Assembly: GCA_013138735.1 (NCBI GenBank) | Contig: WTCE01000107.1 | Span: 1,771-65,770, forward strand | Length of the DNA: 64,000 nucleotides | From: Crocinitomix sp. | Lineage (GTDB): Bacteria; Bacteroidota; Bacteroidia; Flavobacteriales_D; Crocinitomicaceae | Reading direction: 5' to 3' | In this document: in pieces, positions 19,495 through 29,443 of the stretch | Numbering within the stretch: the stretch's first letter is position 1 | Layout of the letters: each line of letters begins with the position of its first letter | Notes under the pieces: model-generated | The model's input: the letters and a program-made list of their open reading frames with translations, nothing else | The model's database searches: none | What the model was told of the DNA's origin: nothing | Position numbers and translations under genes: made by a program

Positions 19495-21607
19495 ATGGAA
19501 GTCCATAGCGCTTTTTATCTGCCTTTTTGTAGGTTATTCTGCATTGACTCAGGAAAAGGACATTCCATTTGATAAACGCCTTTTTGAATCTCAAAAATTA
19601 GAATTTGAAGAAGCTGCCAAGGAAATTAAATTAGGAGACTTCTACTTTTTTGATGGAAGGGATGAATTTTTGATGGTCGCCTTATCCCATTTTGAAAAAG
19701 CTCAAAAATTCAATCCATACTCTTCTATTCTGAATTATAAAATAGGGATTTGTTACTTGTATAGCTCAAATAAGTCTGAGAGTTTGCACTATTTAGAATT
19801 CGCGCATAAGGTGAATCCAACATTAGACATTGATTTAAAATTCTACCTGGCGCAAGCTTATCAATTGGACGGGAATTTTGAAACAGCTATTCAATATTAT
19901 AAGCTTTATCAAAACTTGATTCCAGCAAATGATAAAAGACAACAACGCTATGTTGCAAAGAAAATATCTGAATCACGAACAGGAATTGAATTAATGGAAT
20001 CTCCAATTCGTGTTTGGGTTGACAATTTAGGCGATAGTATTAACTCTGAATACTCTGAATTTTCACCAGTTATTTCAGCCGACAATCGTGTGCTCTTTTA
20101 CACCTCCCGAAGACCAGATTCGCAAGGGCAAAAAACAGATCGTTTGGGTAAATATTATGAAGACATTTATTATTCAATGCGCAATTCTGAAGAGGAATGG
20201 GCAGCTGCAGAAAACATTGGTGCTCCAGTAAATACAGAATCGCATGACGCAACTGTAGGTGTCGCTGCTGATGGTAAAAGTATCTTAACCTACCAAGGTT
20301 TAAGTTCTAAAAACGGCGATATTTTAATTACAAAACAAAATGAAGATGGTTCTTGGGAAACACCTAAAAGTTTAGGCGTTGGCATTAATTCAAAGCACCA
20401 TGAATCAAGCGCAACATTATCATTTGATGAAAAAACACTCTTTTTCGTTTCAGATCAACCCGGCGGTTATGGACAACATGACATTTATGTTTCCACATGG
20501 AATGAAAAAAAGCAAGAATGGGGAAAAGCAAAAAATTTAGGCCCTGAAATTAACACTGATTTCGAAGAGATGGGTGTATTCTTTCACGCTGATTCTAAAA
20601 CCCTTTATTTCTCGTCAGACGGTCATAAAAACATGGGCGGTTTAGATGTATTTAAAAGTGTTTATGACGCCGAGTCAAAAGAATGGTCAGAACCTGAAAA
20701 CATTGGCTACCCAATTAACACACCTGATGATGACATTTATTTTGTAGTTACGGGTAATAACCGTTACGCCTACTATTCCTCTAACCGCCCTGGTGGTTTT
20801 GGCGAAAAGGATATTTATAAAATCACGTTTTTAGGCCCTAAGAAAATCCCGGCTTTACCAACATCAACTAAAGAACAGGCTATTGTTGAAAATGAAGCCC
20901 AACAATTTCAAACATTAGCAAAAGCTGAACCAAAATTCTTATTGACAGGACGAATCATAGATGGTGAAACGGGAATAGGCATGCCCGGACAATTATTCAT
21001 TATTAACGCGCAAACCAATGAGCGAGTTTACGCCATTAGAACACATCCAGATGGTTCCTATTCTGCGGTGCTTTCCCCTGGTGAACAGTACGCTTTAACA
21101 GCTGCAGGGAAATATTTTTCAATTGGTTCACAAATCTTAACGTCAGACGAATCGTTTACTAATCAAGAAAAAACACTGGACTTTGTACTTTATCCACCAA
21201 CAACAGATGGAAGCTCTGGGAATTCATTCGCTTTAAGAAATATCTACTTTGGCTTTGATCAAACCAATTTAGATTATACGGCTTTTGGTTCTCAAGCGCA
21301 AGTTGAATTGGATTTATTGGCAGATTTATTAGAGAAAAACCCTACTATAATAATTGAATTGGGCGGACATACGGATCGTCGTGGTGCGAGTAATTACAAT
21401 GAGGAACTTTCAAATAACCGTGCCTTTATAGCCAAACAATATTTGGTAGATAAAGGAATTGATGAAAAACGAATTAAGATGGTGGGTTATGGCGAAACGC
21501 AGCCTGAAGTAGCCTGGGAAGTAATTAAAGATTTGAAAGATAAAAAGGCGCGAGAAGAAGCGCATCAACGCAATCGTAGAACTGTAATAACAATTCTATC
21601 TCAATAA
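19487..21607 (+). CDS. TPR + PD40 + OmpA_C protein (PorE-like architecture)
   Basis: TPR; PD40 repeats (LYFSSDGHKNMGGLDVF); OmpA motifs IYFGFD, GGHTDRRG, LSNNRA, NRRT. Confidence 0.9.
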   Translation: MNKWKSIALFICLFVGYSALTQEKDIPFDKRLFESQKLEFEEAAKEIKLGDFYFFDGRDEFLMVALSHFEKAQKFNPYSSILNYKIGICYLYSSNKSESLHYLEFAHKVNPTLDIDLKFYLAQAYQLDGNFETAIQYYKLYQNLIPANDKRQQRYVAKKISESRTGIELMESPIRVWVDNLGDSINSEYSEFSPVISADNRVLFYTSRRPDSQGQKTDRLGKYYEDIYYSMRNSEEEWAAAENIGAPVNTESHDATVGVAADGKSILTYQGLSSKNGDILITKQNEDGSWETPKSLGVGINSKHHESSATLSFDEKTLFFVSDQPGGYGQHDIYVSTWNEKKQEWGKAKNLGPEINTDFEEMGVFFHADSKTLYFSSDGHKNMGGLDVFKSVYDAESKEWSEPENIGYPINTPDDDIYFVVTGNNRYAYYSSNRPGGFGEKDIYKITFLGPKKIPALPTSTKEQAIVENEAQQFQTLAKAEPKFLLTGRIIDGETGIGMPGQLFIINAQTNERVYAIRTHPDGSYSAVLSPGEQYALTAAGKYFSIGSQILTSDESFTNQEKTLDFVLYPPTTDGSSGNSFALRNIYFGFDQTNLDYTAFGSQAQVELDLLADLLEKNPTIIIELGGHTDRRGASNYNEELSNNRAFIAKQYLVDKGIDEKRIKMVGYGETQPEVAWEVIKDLKDKKAREEAHQRNRRTVITILSQ

Positions 21608-21687
21608 CTCCTCACCTTATCTGCCGTTCTTAAGCACAGTTATTTTTATCTTAGCAATTCGAAATAAGACCTTCAAAATCAATACTT

Positions 21688-22770
21688 ATGAAACGAATCC
21701 TTCTTTTAGTCCTTTCTCTATCTATCTTACCTTCATTTGCACAAGACTATAGCTTGAGCGATTTTTTTGTTTATGATGCCGAATTGGAACAAAAAATAGA
21801 TGACGTTTTCGACGCGTTAAATGACACCACTCGCGCAGGACAAATGATCATTCCTGCTGCTGGAAGATTAGGAAAATCGCAAGAACATTTAAATGCATTA
21901 TTGGCTAAAAATTATATTGGCGGAATCTTGCTATTAAATGGAACCAAAGAAGGTTTTACAACCATGGTGAATGACTTTAATGCCTTGAACGAATCAAGCA
22001 AAGGTCTGCCCCTCCTCTATTCGGCAGATGCAGAACCGAGTTTAATTGGTTATAAAATTAAAAATTGTACACCTGTTAAAAAGGCGAATCAAATGATTAG
22101 CCGGGCAGAGGTTAAAAAGTTTGCAGCATCTATTTGTAAAGATTTGAATGACATTGGAATTAATTACAATTATGCACCTGTGGTAGATATGTCTCCGAAT
22201 GAGGCTATTTCTTATCGCGCATTTGGCGATAATGCAGACACTGCTCAAATTTGGTCGCGTGTGTTTATTGAAGAAACGCAAAAGGCAGGAATTGTAGCTA
22301 CAGCAAAACATTTTCCAGGGCATGGCTACGTGGTTGGCGACACCCATAAAAAACTGGTTTATATTGATGGAGAAATGAGAGAGGTTGAAAATTACACCCC
22401 ATTAATTAATGCAGGAGTACTTTCAATTATGGTGGCGCATATTGCGATTAAAAACAATGATAAATACAATACCAATGACTTGCCTTCAACAGTTTCAAGA
22501 AAGATTGTAACGGATCTTTTAAAGCATGAAATGAAATTCAAAGGTGTAGTTGTAACTGATGCTATGAATATGGGCGGTGTAGCTTCTATTCCAAATTGTG
22601 AATTAAAAGCGGCGCAAGCGGGTTGTGATTTAATTCTAATGCCAGTTAATGAGGAAAAAGCACTATTTGATATTATTGGCGGAATGCAAGCAGATGAAGT
22701 ATTTAAAAAACAAGTCTATGCTTCTGTTCGAAAAATTATTCGCTTGAAGATTTGTTTGGCCTTGCTTTAA
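21688..22770 (+). CDS. GH3 beta-N-acetylhexosaminidase (NagZ-like), exported
   Basis: SADAE, YAPVVD, KHFPGHG..GDTH and VTDAMNMGG motifs. Confidence 0.9.
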   Translation: MKRILLLVLSLSILPSFAQDYSLSDFFVYDAELEQKIDDVFDALNDTTRAGQMIIPAAGRLGKSQEHLNALLAKNYIGGILLLNGTKEGFTTMVNDFNALNESSKGLPLLYSADAEPSLIGYKIKNCTPVKKANQMISRAEVKKFAASICKDLNDIGINYNYAPVVDMSPNEAISYRAFGDNADTAQIWSRVFIEETQKAGIVATAKHFPGHGYVVGDTHKKLVYIDGEMREVENYTPLINAGVLSIMVAHIAIKNNDKYNTNDLPSTVSRKIVTDLLKHEMKFKGVVVTDAMNMGGVASIPNCELKAAQAGCDLILMPVNEEKALFDIIGGMQADEVFKKQVYASVRKIIRLKICLALL

Positions 22771-23375
22771 TCGGTGACCTTTAAATCAAAACGACCATCC
22801 GTGAAATTAGCCCGATAAGTATTTTCACTCGTATCTGTTGTGTCTGCATATTCGTTATGCGTCGAAATAATAGAATATAACGGCTCGAAGGTTAGTTCAA
22901 AATTTCCGGAGAGGATCTTTTGTTCGTAATCTACAAATGTTATTTCCACAAAATTTGTAAGCGTTGAATCCATTGAATAAACGCCTTTCGTATTATAAAC
23001 ATTATTTAGGACTTCATAAGTGGCTCCGGTAAATGAAAAGGCTCCCGCTCCGTCATGAGAAAGTGAAAAGGATAAAACTTTATAAGCTTCATTATTCCAA
23101 GTCGTCAGTTTATAGCGAGAATCACTTGTAATAGCGATCACACTGTCGCCAAAAGTAAAAACGTCATTTTCCCCAGCAAAAGGACTGCCATATGATTGCC
23201 CATCTAAAACATATCCAAATGTATTATCTCCAACAATTGTTTCATCTGGAAGCGTATCTATCTTGGTACAACTCATTAATAATAGGACAACTAAAGTAGT
23301 TGCTCCAAATTTTAAGTGATTCATTACTCTAATCTTTAATGCCGCTTTATCATTCATAAAAATCAATAAAGTCAA
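22767..23375 (-). CDS. Lipoprotein, paralogue 1 (DUF6252-like)
   Basis: Lipobox LLMSC; TLPDETIVGDNTFGY; C-terminal GRFDL; true start probably a later Met. Confidence 0.75.
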   Translation of the reverse strand: MTLLIFMNDKAALKIRVMNHLKFGATTLVVLLLMSCTKIDTLPDETIVGDNTFGYVLDGQSYGSPFAGENDVFTFGDSVIAITSDSRYKLTTWNNEAYKVLSFSLSHDGAGAFSFTGATYEVLNNVYNTKGVYSMDSTLTNFVEITFVDYEQKILSGNFELTFEPLYSIISTHNEYADTTDTSENTYRANFTDGRFDLKVTD

Positions 23376-23440
23376 CTATTTGTAATTTAAAGATACGTAA
23401 TAAATCTTGATTTAAAAATCGCTATTACTCAGGATTTCCT

Positions 23441-23565
23441 TTAATGCCGAAAAAGCACTATTCGACATTATCCGCGGCACACAAGCAGCCCATGTGTTTC
23501 AAAAACAACTACATACTTCTATTCGAAAAAAAAATCGCTTGAAAATTTGTTTGGGTTTACTTTAA
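23441..23565 (+). pseudogene. Degenerate duplicate of the last 125 nt of the GH3 gene
   Basis: Ungapped manual alignment to 22646-22770 gives 98/125 identity; translates NAEKALFDIIRG...RLKICLGLL*. Confidence 0.9.
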
Positions 23566-23575
23566 AATAGGCGTA

Positions 23576-24103
23576 TTAATAACGAATATCGAAACGCCCA
23601 TTCTCTAATTCTAGCAAGGGTTCAATTTCAACTTCAACTAAACTATCAGCATCATAGGTACTATCAATACTGACGAAATTTAACCCAAATGTTCCAGATA
23701 GAATATTCTCTGTTTGATAATCAATAGAAAAATATCCAGGAAACGAAGCATCCAAATCCCCTTTCACTCCGCGGTATTTATATCCAGCACTATCCAATAA
23801 ATAGGTATCTAAAATTGTGTCTTTAATTAAAAATAATTGGATTTTATTAGCTCCATCTGAATCAGCATTATGATAGATGGAGACAGCCGCCCCATCTTCA
23901 TGTGTAATAATTGAATCCTGTTCTCCAAATTCTCCCCCAATCAATTTACCCTCAGAAATTTTATAACCGATCGTATTTCTACCTTCATATGTTTTAGCAA
24001 CCAGTTGCTGACCAGGTATAGGGTCGTAGTGACATGCGAAAAAACCGAGACATAATATCAACATAATTACCCCCCTATTCAAGTTTGCTTTCATTTGTTT
24101 CAT
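23576..24103 (-). CDS. Lipoprotein, paralogue 2 (DUF6252-like)
   Basis: Lipobox FFAC; TYEGRNTIGY; ILSGTF; C-terminal GRFDI. Confidence 0.75.
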   Translation of the reverse strand: MKQMKANLNRGVIMLILCLGFFACHYDPIPGQQLVAKTYEGRNTIGYKISEGKLIGGEFGEQDSIITHEDGAAVSIYHNADSDGANKIQLFLIKDTILDTYLLDSAGYKYRGVKGDLDASFPGYFSIDYQTENILSGTFGLNFVSIDSTYDADSLVEVEIEPLLELENGRFDIRY

Positions 24104-24516
24104 TATTCTATGATATTCATTTCAAGATCAAATCTTCCTTCTCTCACCAATTTTCTTGTACTATCTGTGGCAACTAAATCGATATTAAAAGTACCTGCAA
24201 TAATATTCTCCGAAAGATCCAATTTTGAGATTGTTAATTGATTGATTCCAGTTGAGTCGATACCAAAAAAAGTATCATAACTTAAATTTACCCATTCTTC
24301 ATTCGTATTATCGAACTCATAATCGCCAGTACCAAAAATACCTTCTAGTACAAATAAACGAAATTCAAATTCGGGACTAATACTTTCTAGAAAAAGATAT
24401 CCTGACGTTTTATTATATGTAATTGGCTCATGTGCTTTCGAAATATATGTTTCATTACCAACATGGCACGCGAACACACCAAGTCCATCCATTGTATGTT
24501 TCGGCAGAGTTTTGTG
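24103..24516 (-). pseudogene. Lipoprotein paralogue 3, 5'-truncated by the IS
   Basis: Frame reads HKTLPKHTMDGLGVFACHVG from the IS end; no signal peptide; IIAGTF and GRFDL shared with the paralogues. Confidence 0.7.
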
Positions 24517-24549
24517 GGATCAAGTACAATTGTTGTTGTTATCTGAGTG

Positions 24550-25506
24550 TTAAGCAAAAATTTTCTCTAATCTAAAAAGGAAATAATTGACATCTCTAAC
24601 GCCTCTAAATTGAGATCTAAAAGCTTTAATTTTTGAATTAAATGATTCAGCTGATGCGTTTGTACTTCTATTATCAAAATAATTTAAGATTGAAATATAA
24701 TGCTGCTGAATAGTTCTTATAACTGTATTAAATATTTTGAATTCTGATTTTTCCACATCATTATACCAATGTGCTAATTTAGTATAAGCGACACCTTTAT
24801 CCTTGATGTTTTCATATATATAATACAAAGCCATACTTAATTTATAGGCTTTATGAATTTCAGGGTATCTTTCAAATAATATCTTAGATCTTTCTTTTTG
24901 TTTTTCAGTCCATTTTGAGTGGTGTTTAAATAATAAACACCTACTCCTTACAAGTAATTGCTTCAACGTATCTCCGTTTGGTAAGAGTTCTGCAACATAG
25001 GTTATACCTTTGCTTTTAGCTAATTCAAATTCTGCATTATCTATGTCAAAGGCTTCCCATCTGTATTTTATTCTCATATTTTGAACTGCTTCATTTGCTA
25101 ATTTTTGAACATGAAATCTATCAGTAACTTGCTTTGCTTTTGGGAAGGTGTTTGTGCTAATATTTATCATTGTATGTGCCATATCCAACGTGATTTCTTC
25201 CACTTTATCTCGTTGACTTTTCGGAATTAATTTTATACATTTTGATACGTGCTCTGCTTGAACACCTTTGACTATTGCCACAATTGAACCTTTTTTACCT
25301 TTTGCTTGTTTAGAGGTAACGATTGTGTACAAATCTCCATTTGTAAAGGCGGTTTCGTCAATTGATAATTGTTTAGATATATTCTGTGGGTAAATTAAGT
25401 AGTCTGCTGCGTGACACCCCGCCTTCCAGTCTTTAAAGTTACTTAGGTTTGATTTGTATTGCCTACTTAAAGCTCTGCCATCAACTCCATATAACTCACC
25501 TATCAC
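24550..25506 (-). CDS. ISL3-type transposase, DDE portion
   Basis: SIDET, ITLDM, DRFHV and TNASAESFNSKIK motifs. Confidence 0.92.
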   Translation of the reverse strand: MIGELYGVDGRALSRQYKSNLSNFKDWKAGCHAADYLIYPQNISKQLSIDETAFTNGDLYTIVTSKQAKGKKGSIVAIVKGVQAEHVSKCIKLIPKSQRDKVEEITLDMAHTMINISTNTFPKAKQVTDRFHVQKLANEAVQNMRIKYRWEAFDIDNAEFELAKSKGITYVAELLPNGDTLKQLLVRSRCLLFKHHSKWTEKQKERSKILFERYPEIHKAYKLSMALYYIYENIKDKGVAYTKLAHWYNDVEKSEFKIFNTVIRTIQQHYISILNYFDNRSTNASAESFNSKIKAFRSQFRGVRDVNYFLFRLEKIFA

Positions 25507-25528
25507 CTTAACACTTAATGGTGTTTTA

Positions 25529-25879
25529 TCAATTAAGTTCTTTTAAAAAAGAGGCAAACTCATCTGTCATACGAGTGCCTTTTGCTATTAATTTCCAGTC
25601 AGTTGAAATCACCTCATTCGTCTTTTTATTAAGCCATCTACGCCTTTTAATATTCAAATTAACTTGTTTCCCACGCATTGGAAAATCTTTAATTTTAATC
25701 TGCTTATGAAAACCGTGCAATATAAAAGAACCTGAGATGAATTCTTGTGGTAATGTTTTGTTCTCTTCAAGATAAAGTTCAATTCTTGATGAAGATTCTT
25801 CAATTTTTGTTATCTCAAAATTATCAACTAAAAATTCTGGTAAAACTAATTTTAAAATAGATTGTAAGTCTGTATTCAT
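25529..25879 (-). CDS. ISL3/ISAon1-type transposase N-terminal region
   Basis: IKDFPMRGKQVNLNIKRRRW...GTRMTDEFASFLKE. Confidence 0.85.
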   Translation of the reverse strand: MNTDLQSILKLVLPEFLVDNFEITKIEESSSRIELYLEENKTLPQEFISGSFILHGFHKQIKIKDFPMRGKQVNLNIKRRRWLNKKTNEVISTDWKLIAKGTRMTDEFASFLKELN

Positions 25880-25932
25880 AGTCTACAAAACTAAAAACAT
25901 TTATAGCTAACAACAACTTTTTGCATTGATCC

Positions 25933-26224
25933 GCATTTTTTCATGTAAGCTGATTGTTACTTTTTCGAATCTAAAAGAGGTTGTATCTCCGTAGAACGCA
26001 TCTTTCTCACCGATATCGTATTTATAGCCAAATCCAGGAGAATTTGCCTCAAGTACCATGATTTCGTTCGGATATGATTTAAAAATGGCTTGAACCTGGT
26101 CTGGAGCTGCTAACAGCTCACTGTCAGCATTTAGCGAGTTCCACTTTACAGAATGGCATCCATAAGCTGTCAATAAAAAGCCAATTATTGCTAGAGATTT
26201 TAGTCGCATTTTCATCTTTTGCAT
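25933..26224 (-). pseudogene. Lipoprotein 3'-truncated by the IS
   Basis: Lipobox AYGC; the ORF reads into the IS terminal repeat and stops at 25907 inside it. Confidence 0.65.
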
Positions 26225-26434
26225 GCGTTAAACATGCTAAATTAGTAGGTTTACTAAATTAAGAATAAAGATTGATGTTGGCTGAAGCGAGTAAATATTA
26301 ATTCAGAATTGCGCATGATAATAGTAGATTCAATGTTCATTAAAATTCCTCTTGTTATCCCAGTCCAACTAACAATCACTTATTCATAAACACTTTTAAC
26401 ACGCCTCTATTTTCAAGAGATAACTTGTAATTTT

Positions 26435-27769
26435 GTGAATTCATACATTTTGAAAACACCTCCCTCAATGAACAAAATAAGCTATTTCGGATTTCTAGTG
26501 CTTACCTATTTATTTGTTGCATGCGGCGGAAATAAGGAGCCAATTGTTGAAGTAGTAGAAAAGGACTCGATAATAATCCCACCTCCTGTCATTGAATACG
26601 GCTTTGTTTTAGATTCATTTCAAGTAAAACGCGATACGGTAGAGGACAATTGGACAATGAGCCATATGTTTGCGCCTTACGGGGTTTCGCAATGGGAAAT
26701 TAATGTTGCCGCAGATCGCGCAGCCGATTCGTTGGTAGGATTACGTTATGTGAAAGAAGGTACGCCCTTTATTATTTTGTCCGCAATTGGTGATACTTCA
26801 GAAACCGCAGAGTATTTTATTTACCCCAAGAATGTTGTAGATTTTGTGGTCTTTGATTTTAGAGATTCAGTAGTAGTAGAAAGACGCTCAAAACCAAATG
26901 AGATTCACGAACAAATTTTGTCGGGTGAAATAATCAAAAATTCTAACCTCACCTTTGCTTTGGACCAACAGTTAAAAGACATTAATATGACTGGTGAAAT
27001 GGCCGAATATGTTGCGGGCGTTTTTGCATGGACGATTGACTTTTTCCGTTTGCATCCCGGAGATGAATTTAAGGTGATTTATAATGAAAAGTCGGTTGAA
27101 GGAATGCCTTACGCAATTGGCGGAATTACATCTGCATGGTTTAAACATCAAGGGCATGAATTTTACGCTTTTCAATATGCTTTAGACTCTGCTGGCACAC
27201 AAATTGGCTTTTTTAATGAAGAAGGAAAAGAAATGCGACGACCATTCTTAATGGCTCCGGTTAAATATTCACGCATTAGTTCTGGTTTTAGCGGACGCCG
27301 TTTTCATCCTGTTCAAAAAAGATGGAAAGCACATTTAGGAACAGATTATGCAGCACCAAATGGAACGCCAATTATGTCCACAGCAAACGGAACTGTTATT
27401 GCAGCTTCTTATACGAGTGGCAATGGAAATTATGTGAAAGTGAAACATGACGATACCTACACAACGCAATATTTGCACATGACTGGTTTTGCAGATGGAA
27501 TTCGAAAAGGTGTTTATGTAGAACAAGGTCAAACCATTGGTTATGTTGGAAGCACTGGACTTGCAACTGGTCCGCATGTATGTTATCGTTTTTGGAAAAA
27601 TGGCAAACAAATTGATCACCGTGCTGAGAAATTTCCAAGCTCTATTCCTATGGTAGATTCACTATTGCCTTCTTATATGGAGTATATCCAACCGATTCGT
27701 GCGCGGATTGATTCCATGCCGGTTACACCTTATTTTGTTGAAGCCGAAGTTGTTGATTCGATTTTGTAG
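26435..27769 (+). CDS. M23 family metallopeptidase (MepM-like peptidoglycan endopeptidase)
   Basis: HLGTDYAAP, YLHM and ATGPHVCY (HxxxD / HxH zinc ligands). Confidence 0.92.
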   Translation: MNSYILKTPPSMNKISYFGFLVLTYLFVACGGNKEPIVEVVEKDSIIIPPPVIEYGFVLDSFQVKRDTVEDNWTMSHMFAPYGVSQWEINVAADRAADSLVGLRYVKEGTPFIILSAIGDTSETAEYFIYPKNVVDFVVFDFRDSVVVERRSKPNEIHEQILSGEIIKNSNLTFALDQQLKDINMTGEMAEYVAGVFAWTIDFFRLHPGDEFKVIYNEKSVEGMPYAIGGITSAWFKHQGHEFYAFQYALDSAGTQIGFFNEEGKEMRRPFLMAPVKYSRISSGFSGRRFHPVQKRWKAHLGTDYAAPNGTPIMSTANGTVIAASYTSGNGNYVKVKHDDTYTTQYLHMTGFADGIRKGVYVEQGQTIGYVGSTGLATGPHVCYRFWKNGKQIDHRAEKFPSSIPMVDSLLPSYMEYIQPIRARIDSMPVTPYFVEAEVVDSIL

Positions 27770-27788
27770 AGATTGGTTTTGACAGACT

Positions 27789-28460
27789 TTAATTAGTTTG
27801 CTGTAGTTTTTCAAACTGCGCTAGCGTAATGTTTTCTATATAGGTGATAGAAGTAATATCAACACTATTGTAATAAACCATTTTCGTTGTACCAATTCCT
27901 GCAGTATATTCTATTTCAATTGGAAAATTTTTGGAATAAGAAGCGCCATTATCTGGATTGAAAGTTTGATTCATACTTCCAGAGGTAAACATCTTATGTT
28001 CGCTATAGCTATGTTCAAATTTATCGATTTTCCAGTCCGATTGCTCTTCCCTAAATATGCCGATCAAAGCATCATAACCTTGAACTTCTAACTCACCAAT
28101 ATTTTTAGTGTTAAAAGAAAATATTTGTCCTTTAATAATTTCAGAGTCTAAAGCATTTCCTTTGTCATCAAAATGCCTTGATTCGATTAACTCAATGCCT
28201 TTGGATGTATACAAGTCTGTTAATTCAGAGGTTAAGTCAAAGCTCCCGTTATAGACCATTATCTTTAGCATCGAATCTGATACTTTTTCTAGATGCAAAT
28301 ATTGTTTCTCTGATTTTACTCCAACTACATATTCGTAAACATAAACTTTTGGGGTTTCAAATGAGTTTAATGAATAGAAGTATTCTTTTTGAAGTGGATC
28401 ATTTTCTGTTGAACAAGAATAGGCTAAAAAACCAATTATCAGATATAAAAGCTTTTTCAT
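27789..28460 (-). CDS. Hypothetical lipoprotein
   Basis: MKK...LAYSC lipobox. Confidence 0.75.
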   Translation of the reverse strand: MKKLLYLIIGFLAYSCSTENDPLQKEYFYSLNSFETPKVYVYEYVVGVKSEKQYLHLEKVSDSMLKIMVYNGSFDLTSELTDLYTSKGIELIESRHFDDKGNALDSEIIKGQIFSFNTKNIGELEVQGYDALIGIFREEQSDWKIDKFEHSYSEHKMFTSGSMNQTFNPDNGASYSKNFPIEIEYTAGIGTTKMVYYNSVDITSITYIENITLAQFEKLQQTN

Positions 28461-28488
28461 TCAACTTTGTCTATGACATTATTAGCGC

Positions 28489-28737
28489 CTAGCGCTTAAA
28501 TAATTTTCTATTCAAGAAAATAAGTATGATTGCTCCCAATGTTCCTGTGACCAATGATCCTATCCAAGATCCACCTTCGCCTCCAAAGCCGAATATGCCA
28601 AAGAGCCAACTCCCAGCAAATCCACCAACAATACCCAGCAAAATATTCCAGACAATGCCTTCTGATTTTGATTTCATCATTTTACCAGCGAGCCAACCTG
28701 CTGCACCACCAATAATTATTGCAACTATAATATCCAT
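28489..28737 (-). CDS. GlsB/YeaQ/YmgE family small membrane protein
   Basis: IIIGGAAGWLAGKMM...NILLGIVGGFAGSWL...GAIILIF. Confidence 0.9.
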   Translation of the reverse strand: MDIIVAIIIGGAAGWLAGKMMKSKSEGIVWNILLGIVGGFAGSWLFGIFGFGGEGGSWIGSLVTGTLGAIILIFLNRKLFKR

Positions 28738-28930
28738 ATGGGTAATTTTTTATTTTTAATGTAAGGTAATAAATTAAGATGATCCTGCTGAGTGCCGCTT
28801 GATTTAATATACAGAATGGCATTTATTTTCGATTAGTGGGATGGGTTGGACTTGCTTCAATAGCAACAAATGAAATGGGAATAGAGGCTTTGAAAGGTTA
28901 GCAAATCTCTAGAGTACTAATTGTTACACA

Positions 28931-29400
28931 AGGTTTCAAACCCGCAAGTGTTCGGAACCTTGATACTTAGAGTTTGGGCCTTGCATAAAAAATCAGTCCG
29001 CCTGAGGCGGACTAAAATCTGTGTTCCCATAGTGATCGGGGGCTGAGTTCTATTAATTAACTCTTGCTTTAAAGTTCAGCTTCAAAGACTTGAATGAAAA
29101 TTTTGTGCTTTTTGCTCGACCAAAAAGTACCAAAAAAGTCTCCCTAGCAGGGCTTGGCACTTTAGAGGCCCATTCGAAAATCAATTGCACCTTCCCCTGT
29201 AATAAGTTCGGTCAGGTGATCTCCTACGGAGCTTCCCTACTCCCTAATCACAGGCTTTGATGAAATCACTTTTCGAACGGAACGCCACTGACCACTGGAA
29301 CAAGCAAAAACATAAGGTTGAATTGAAAACTCTTATCATTTAGCATTATTCATTAAAATTAAAGGCTCCGAACACTTGTTGGACTGCAAACCCTGCACAC
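28931..29400. repeat. Intergenic MITE/REP-like element with nested inverted repeats
   Basis: IR CAAGTGTTCGGAACCTT (28945-28961) vs AAGGCTCCGAACACTTG (29362-29378), 16/17; internal palindrome AGTCCGCC-TGA-GGCGGACT (28995-29013). Confidence 0.5.
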
Positions 29401-29443
29401 GTTAGGACCAAATTTGGTTTATATTGAGGGGCAGGCTGCATTA

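Larger units (their letters stand above)
24517..25932 (-). mobile_element. ISL3-family (ISAon1-like) insertion sequence
   Basis: Imperfect ~26-bp terminal IRs GGATCAAGTACAATTGTTGTTGTTA / GGATCAATGCAAAAAGTTGTTGTTA; two transposase ORFs; no flanking TSD. Confidence 0.9.

Noticed and set aside
28931-29400. CRISPR array or riboswitch in the long intergenic region
   Set aside because: No regularly spaced direct repeats, no cas genes and no riboswitch consensus that I recognise
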